Below are positions 54,249 through 57,333 of a stretch of DNA of 57,333 nucleotides, in pieces. How positions within the stretch are numbered: the stretch's first letter is position 1; each line of letters begins with the position of its first letter. The translations under genes and the position numbers were made by a program. The DNA lies in NCBI GenBank assembly GCA_045636285.1, contig JAZTXJ010000068.1, forward strand, positions 1 through 57,333, read 5' to 3'. This DNA comes from Eubacteriales bacterium. Its GTDB lineage: Bacteria > Bacillota > Clostridia > Oscillospirales > CAG-382. The notes under the pieces are model-generated. The model was not told the DNA's origin. It worked only from the letters and a program-made list of their open reading frames with translations, and ran no database searches.

Positions 54249-54914
54249 ATGAGTATTTTTGACGCTATCAAAAAAAGTGTATTGGAAGGCTTTTCTTCCG
54301 AAATAACGCTTTCCGATATTATTATCTCGCTCGTTGTAGCATTCCTTGCGGGACTTTTTATCCTTCTTATTTACCGTCTTACCCTGCGCGGAGTATCGCG
54401 CAACCGCACCTTCGAGGTTACTCTGCTTCTTATCACTCCCATTTCTGCGATGATAGTTCTCACCATAACCTCTAACCTCGCGCTTTCGCTCGGTATGGTC
54501 GGTGCACTTTCGATAATCCGTTTCCGCACAGCGATAAAGGACGCAAGCGACACCGCGTTTATGTTCTGGGCGGTTGCCGCAGGTATTACCGCAGGCGCAC
54601 ATTTTTACAAAATCACCATTGTCGGCTGTCTGTTTATCGGTCTTGCCTCGTTCCTTGTATTAAAGCTTTCGTCTGTCGGCGCACGTCCTTATCTTCTCGT
54701 TGTCCGCGCAGATACCGATAAGGCTGTCGATTACACGGCGCGCCTTTTGAACGAAAACAACATAAAAAACCGCCTCTCCTCGCTCGTTAACAACGGCACG
54801 TATACCGAGGTGGTTTACGAAATCGCTTTAAGCGGCAAGCACCAAAAGCTCGTTTCCGCGCTTTCGAACCTCCCCGACGTCAAGAGCGTTTCGCTTGTTG
54901 ACTGCAGAAATTAA
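54249..54914 (+). CDS. DUF4956 domain membrane protein
   Basis: I.SNLALSLGMVGALSIIRFRTAIKD..D..FMFW.VA.GI..GA. ATG 54249 after AGGAG. Confidence 0.9.
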   Translation: MSIFDAIKKSVLEGFSSEITLSDIIISLVVAFLAGLFILLIYRLTLRGVSRNRTFEVTLLLITPISAMIVLTITSNLALSLGMVGALSIIRFRTAIKDASDTAFMFWAVAAGITAGAHFYKITIVGCLFIGLASFLVLKLSSVGARPYLLVVRADTDKAVDYTARLLNENNIKNRLSSLVNNGTYTEVVYEIALSGKHQKLVSALSNLPDVKSVSLVDCRN

Positions 54915-54926
54915 ATAATAATAAAA

Positions 54927-54986
54927 CCGCTCGGCTGACGCGTGTTGTCCTTATCGGAGCTCACGCCTGAACCGAGCGGATTTTTT
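54927..54986. terminator. Long hairpin / bidirectional terminator between convergent operons
   Basis: CCGCTCGG...GCGTG...CACGC...CCGAGCGG flanked by AAAA and TTTTTT. Confidence 0.65.
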
Positions 54987-55824
54987 ATAATGCCTTCACT
55001 TCATCGAGTGTAAACACGTCCGTTATAATATGGTCGCAATCGTACGGCTTGCATTTATCGCTTATTTTATCCAAAAATTCATTGTATTCGACGTCGCAAA
55101 GCTGTTTGCCGCTTTGGTTATCGAACACCGAAACTATCCATTTGTCGCATTTGACGGCATCGCCCGCGCTCGGCGGAAGCCACGGCTTTTTCGGGAATAT
55201 TTCGGCTATGCCGTCGGTAAAAATATACCGCCCGAAAAGACCCTTGTCGGTTTCGTAAATCAAGGGCTCGGCGTATTCTGCGCCAATATCCTGCATTTTG
55301 TGTAACCATTCTGCGTATTTTATGGGGTTGCCCTTGAATCGCTCGGCTTCGCTTTTCGAAATAACAAGCGGCCAGCGCGCCGAAAACAAGGTAAACGATT
55401 GGTTGCTTCCGTCGATAAGCTTATCGCACATATAATCGAGCGTTCTTTCCTCGAACTCGACCATACCCTTGTAGCCCGCGCGGAAGTCTTCCCTTTTCAC
55501 TTCCTCGCCGTTTACGTATATACGGCAGCTCCAATACCCCGCAATACGCTCGACACAGCGGTAAACGTCGGCAAGCTCGAACCTTGTCGAAGGCGACGGC
55601 AGGCGAATATCTATCTGCTTTTTCTCGTTTTCGTTCCAAACGACGCTGAACCCTCTGCCGATATGCTTGGGGCTAAAAAGAACGATTTCGCCCTCGCCGA
55701 CTATGCCGATTTTCAAGCTCATATTTTCGAAGCTTCCGTATTGCAGATCGTTTCCGACAATAAGCTCGAAGGGAATGGCTTTGGGATATGGAAATTTTTG
55801 TTTTATCGTTATATCGAGCGACAT
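54985..55824 (-). CDS. DUF4299-like hypothetical protein
   Basis: MS.DI.IKQ...L.YG......F.P..IGRGFSV......I.IRLP.PST..E pattern. Confidence 0.6.
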   Translation of the reverse strand: MSLDITIKQKFPYPKAIPFELIVGNDLQYGSFENMSLKIGIVGEGEIVLFSPKHIGRGFSVVWNENEKKQIDIRLPSPSTRFELADVYRCVERIAGYWSCRIYVNGEEVKREDFRAGYKGMVEFEERTLDYMCDKLIDGSNQSFTLFSARWPLVISKSEAERFKGNPIKYAEWLHKMQDIGAEYAEPLIYETDKGLFGRYIFTDGIAEIFPKKPWLPPSAGDAVKCDKWIVSVFDNQSGKQLCDVEYNEFLDKISDKCKPYDCDHIITDVFTLDEVKAL

Positions 55825-55826
55825 TT

Positions 55827-56768
55827 TTAAACCTCTGCTTTCAGCACGATCGAATCAAGCTCTGCCTTTACCGCATCTGCACGGCTATCGGTTTCCGAAA
55901 GCTTTTCCTGCAAATGATTTATTATTCGGTTGATTTTGTTTTTAATATCGTAAATCTTTTCCTTCGATTCCTCGATACGCTGTAAAATGCTGTAATCGGC
56001 GAATATTCCGTCGAAAAACCAATCGGCAAACCGCAAAAAGCTTTCGATATCGACTCGTATTTCGGTGTTTTCGGCTATATCGGCAAGCTCGGTTTTAAGC
56101 AAGCGAAGGTCAACCTGCAACGCTTCGACAGAATCCTGCGCGGCATCGAGCTTATCCTGCTTTGCGCTATCGGCTATCATACCGCCGCCGATAATATCCC
56201 AGCTTGCCCATTCTTCCGCGTGGGAAAGGTTTTCGAGCACGGTCGAAACAGAACGGTTTGCGCGCTTTGCGGCAGAAATCGCTTCGGCAATCTCCTCTTT
56301 TGCGCTTTCCGCTTCGGCAAGACGCTTCTGAAGCTCTACTATCCGTTCGGCTTCGGGGTTGCCGTTCGCTTTAAGAATATTTGCCTTTTCCTTTAAAAGC
56401 TTTTCATAGCGGATATCGAACCCGACAAGCGAGAGATATTCCTTGCTGTAACGCTTTATATCCTGCCTTACCGCTTCGAGCTCGCGCACTGCGGTATCGT
56501 ATTTCGCCTGCGCCGCAAGCGCTTCGCGCTGTTCCTTGGCAAGCTGCTCGTCCTTTTTGCCCGCCATTGTATAGATAAACGCAGAAAGGCTTTTGCCGGA
56601 CATTTTATCGAACTCGCCCTGCTCGATTTTGCGTTCCTTATCGAGCCGTTCTACCTTTTCGGCAAGCTCGCGCTCCTGATTACGCAAAGCGGTGATTACG
56701 CCGTGCAAATAAGCCTTGCGCGCCGCCTTTCTTTGAAGCTCGTGTAGCGTTTCGTCCTTCTTCCACAT
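55827..56768 (-). CDS. Coiled-coil hypothetical protein
   Basis: Heptad-rich, with WASWDIIGGGMIAD.AK..KLD.A and FAD.FFDGIFAD blocks. ATG 56768 after GAGG. Confidence 0.75.
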   Translation of the reverse strand: MWKKDETLHELQRKAARKAYLHGVITALRNQERELAEKVERLDKERKIEQGEFDKMSGKSLSAFIYTMAGKKDEQLAKEQREALAAQAKYDTAVRELEAVRQDIKRYSKEYLSLVGFDIRYEKLLKEKANILKANGNPEAERIVELQKRLAEAESAKEEIAEAISAAKRANRSVSTVLENLSHAEEWASWDIIGGGMIADSAKQDKLDAAQDSVEALQVDLRLLKTELADIAENTEIRVDIESFLRFADWFFDGIFADYSILQRIEESKEKIYDIKNKINRIINHLQEKLSETDSRADAVKAELDSIVLKAEV

Positions 56769-56781
56769 ATAAGTTTCCTCG

Positions 56782-57255
56782 TTATTTCGAATATTTTTCC
56801 AATTCCTCAAGCAAGCCCTTACAGCCGTCGTAAATATCGCGGTAGGCAATATCGAATCGGTCGGAATACCACGGGTCCGCAACGTCGCCGCCGCGCGAGG
56901 TATAGTCCATAAGCTTGCGAATTTTGTTATCCCTGTCGCCGTTTAAAATACGGTGCATATTGCGTATGTTGTTGCTGTCCATACCGACAAAAAGGTCGTA
57001 TTTTTCGTAATCCTCTGCCGTTAACCGAACTGCGCGCTTGCCGCCGCAATCGATTCCGTGCTTTTTCAGCTCTGCGCGCGCGGGCGGATAAACGGGGTTG
57101 CCGATACCCGAAAAAGAAATTTCCTCGGTGCTGGTCGCGCTCGACGCAACAAAAAACCTATCGGATATACCCTTTTCGGAAATCATATTTTTAAATATAA
57201 ACTCCGCCATCGGCGAACGGCATATATTGCCGTGGCATACAAAAAGTATTTTCAT
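56782..57255 (-). CDS. Low molecular weight protein-tyrosine phosphatase
   Basis: FVCHGNICRSPMAE P-loop and DVADPWY. Confidence 0.95.
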   Translation of the reverse strand: MKILFVCHGNICRSPMAEFIFKNMISEKGISDRFFVASSATSTEEISFSGIGNPVYPPARAELKKHGIDCGGKRAVRLTAEDYEKYDLFVGMDSNNIRNMHRILNGDRDNKIRKLMDYTSRGGDVADPWYSDRFDIAYRDIYDGCKGLLEELEKYSK

Positions 57256-57267
57256 ATTATCACCAAA

Positions 57268-57333
57268 TCAATCTGTAATTCTTGGTACATCAAGCCAGAT
57301 TCCGCCTTTTTTGGCTGCTTCATGAGCTATAAT
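57268..57333 (-). CDS. 3' end of an upstream CDS, possibly a Gfo/Idh/MocA oxidoreductase
   Basis: Open frame ...IIAHEAAKKGGIWLDVPRITD*, ending 12 nt before the phosphatase ATG. Family call rests on the C-terminal AH.AA..GG...VP pattern only. Confidence 0.45.
   Translation of the reverse strand: MIAHEAAKKGGIWLDVPRITD

Overview
A 57.3-kb chromosomal segment of a moderately GC-rich, probably spore-forming Clostridia-class firmicute (inferred from gene content: sepF/divIVA/yaaT, dockerin domains, sigmaA-type promoters). It is mostly housekeeping: miaA-hlyD-yggS-sepF-yggT-divIVA-ileS-lspA-rluA, split transketolase, nif3, rqcH/NFACT, tcdA, rlmH, ftsK, uppP, metY-like, ferredoxin, yabB-like methylase, holB-yaaT, type II pantothenate kinase and a G3PDH-like oxidoreductase trio. 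Cell-surface modules are interspersed. I see no rRNA, tRNA, CRISPR array, transposase or integrase. Most notable: (1) an AT-rich islet (GNAT plus four-helix-bundle/bAvd-like gene) bordered by a ~205-bp mirror-symmetric array of 9-nt AATAHMACT repeats alternating with variable hairpins, four with C-GAA-G triloops that suggest function as single-stranded DNA; (2) a membrane-anchored ~1,810-aa subtilase with a dockerin and a cohesin-like domain, near a dockerin-bearing M23 peptidase; (3) a CotH kinase-VTC-DUF4956 operon that shares an apparent ECF-sigma promoter motif with a lipoprotein gene 44 kb away; (4) a 1.81-kb tandem duplication of a solute-binding-protein gene that left an orphan, decayed copy of the neighbouring gene's promoter and first codons. 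All family calls come from motif recognition by eye, not database searches.
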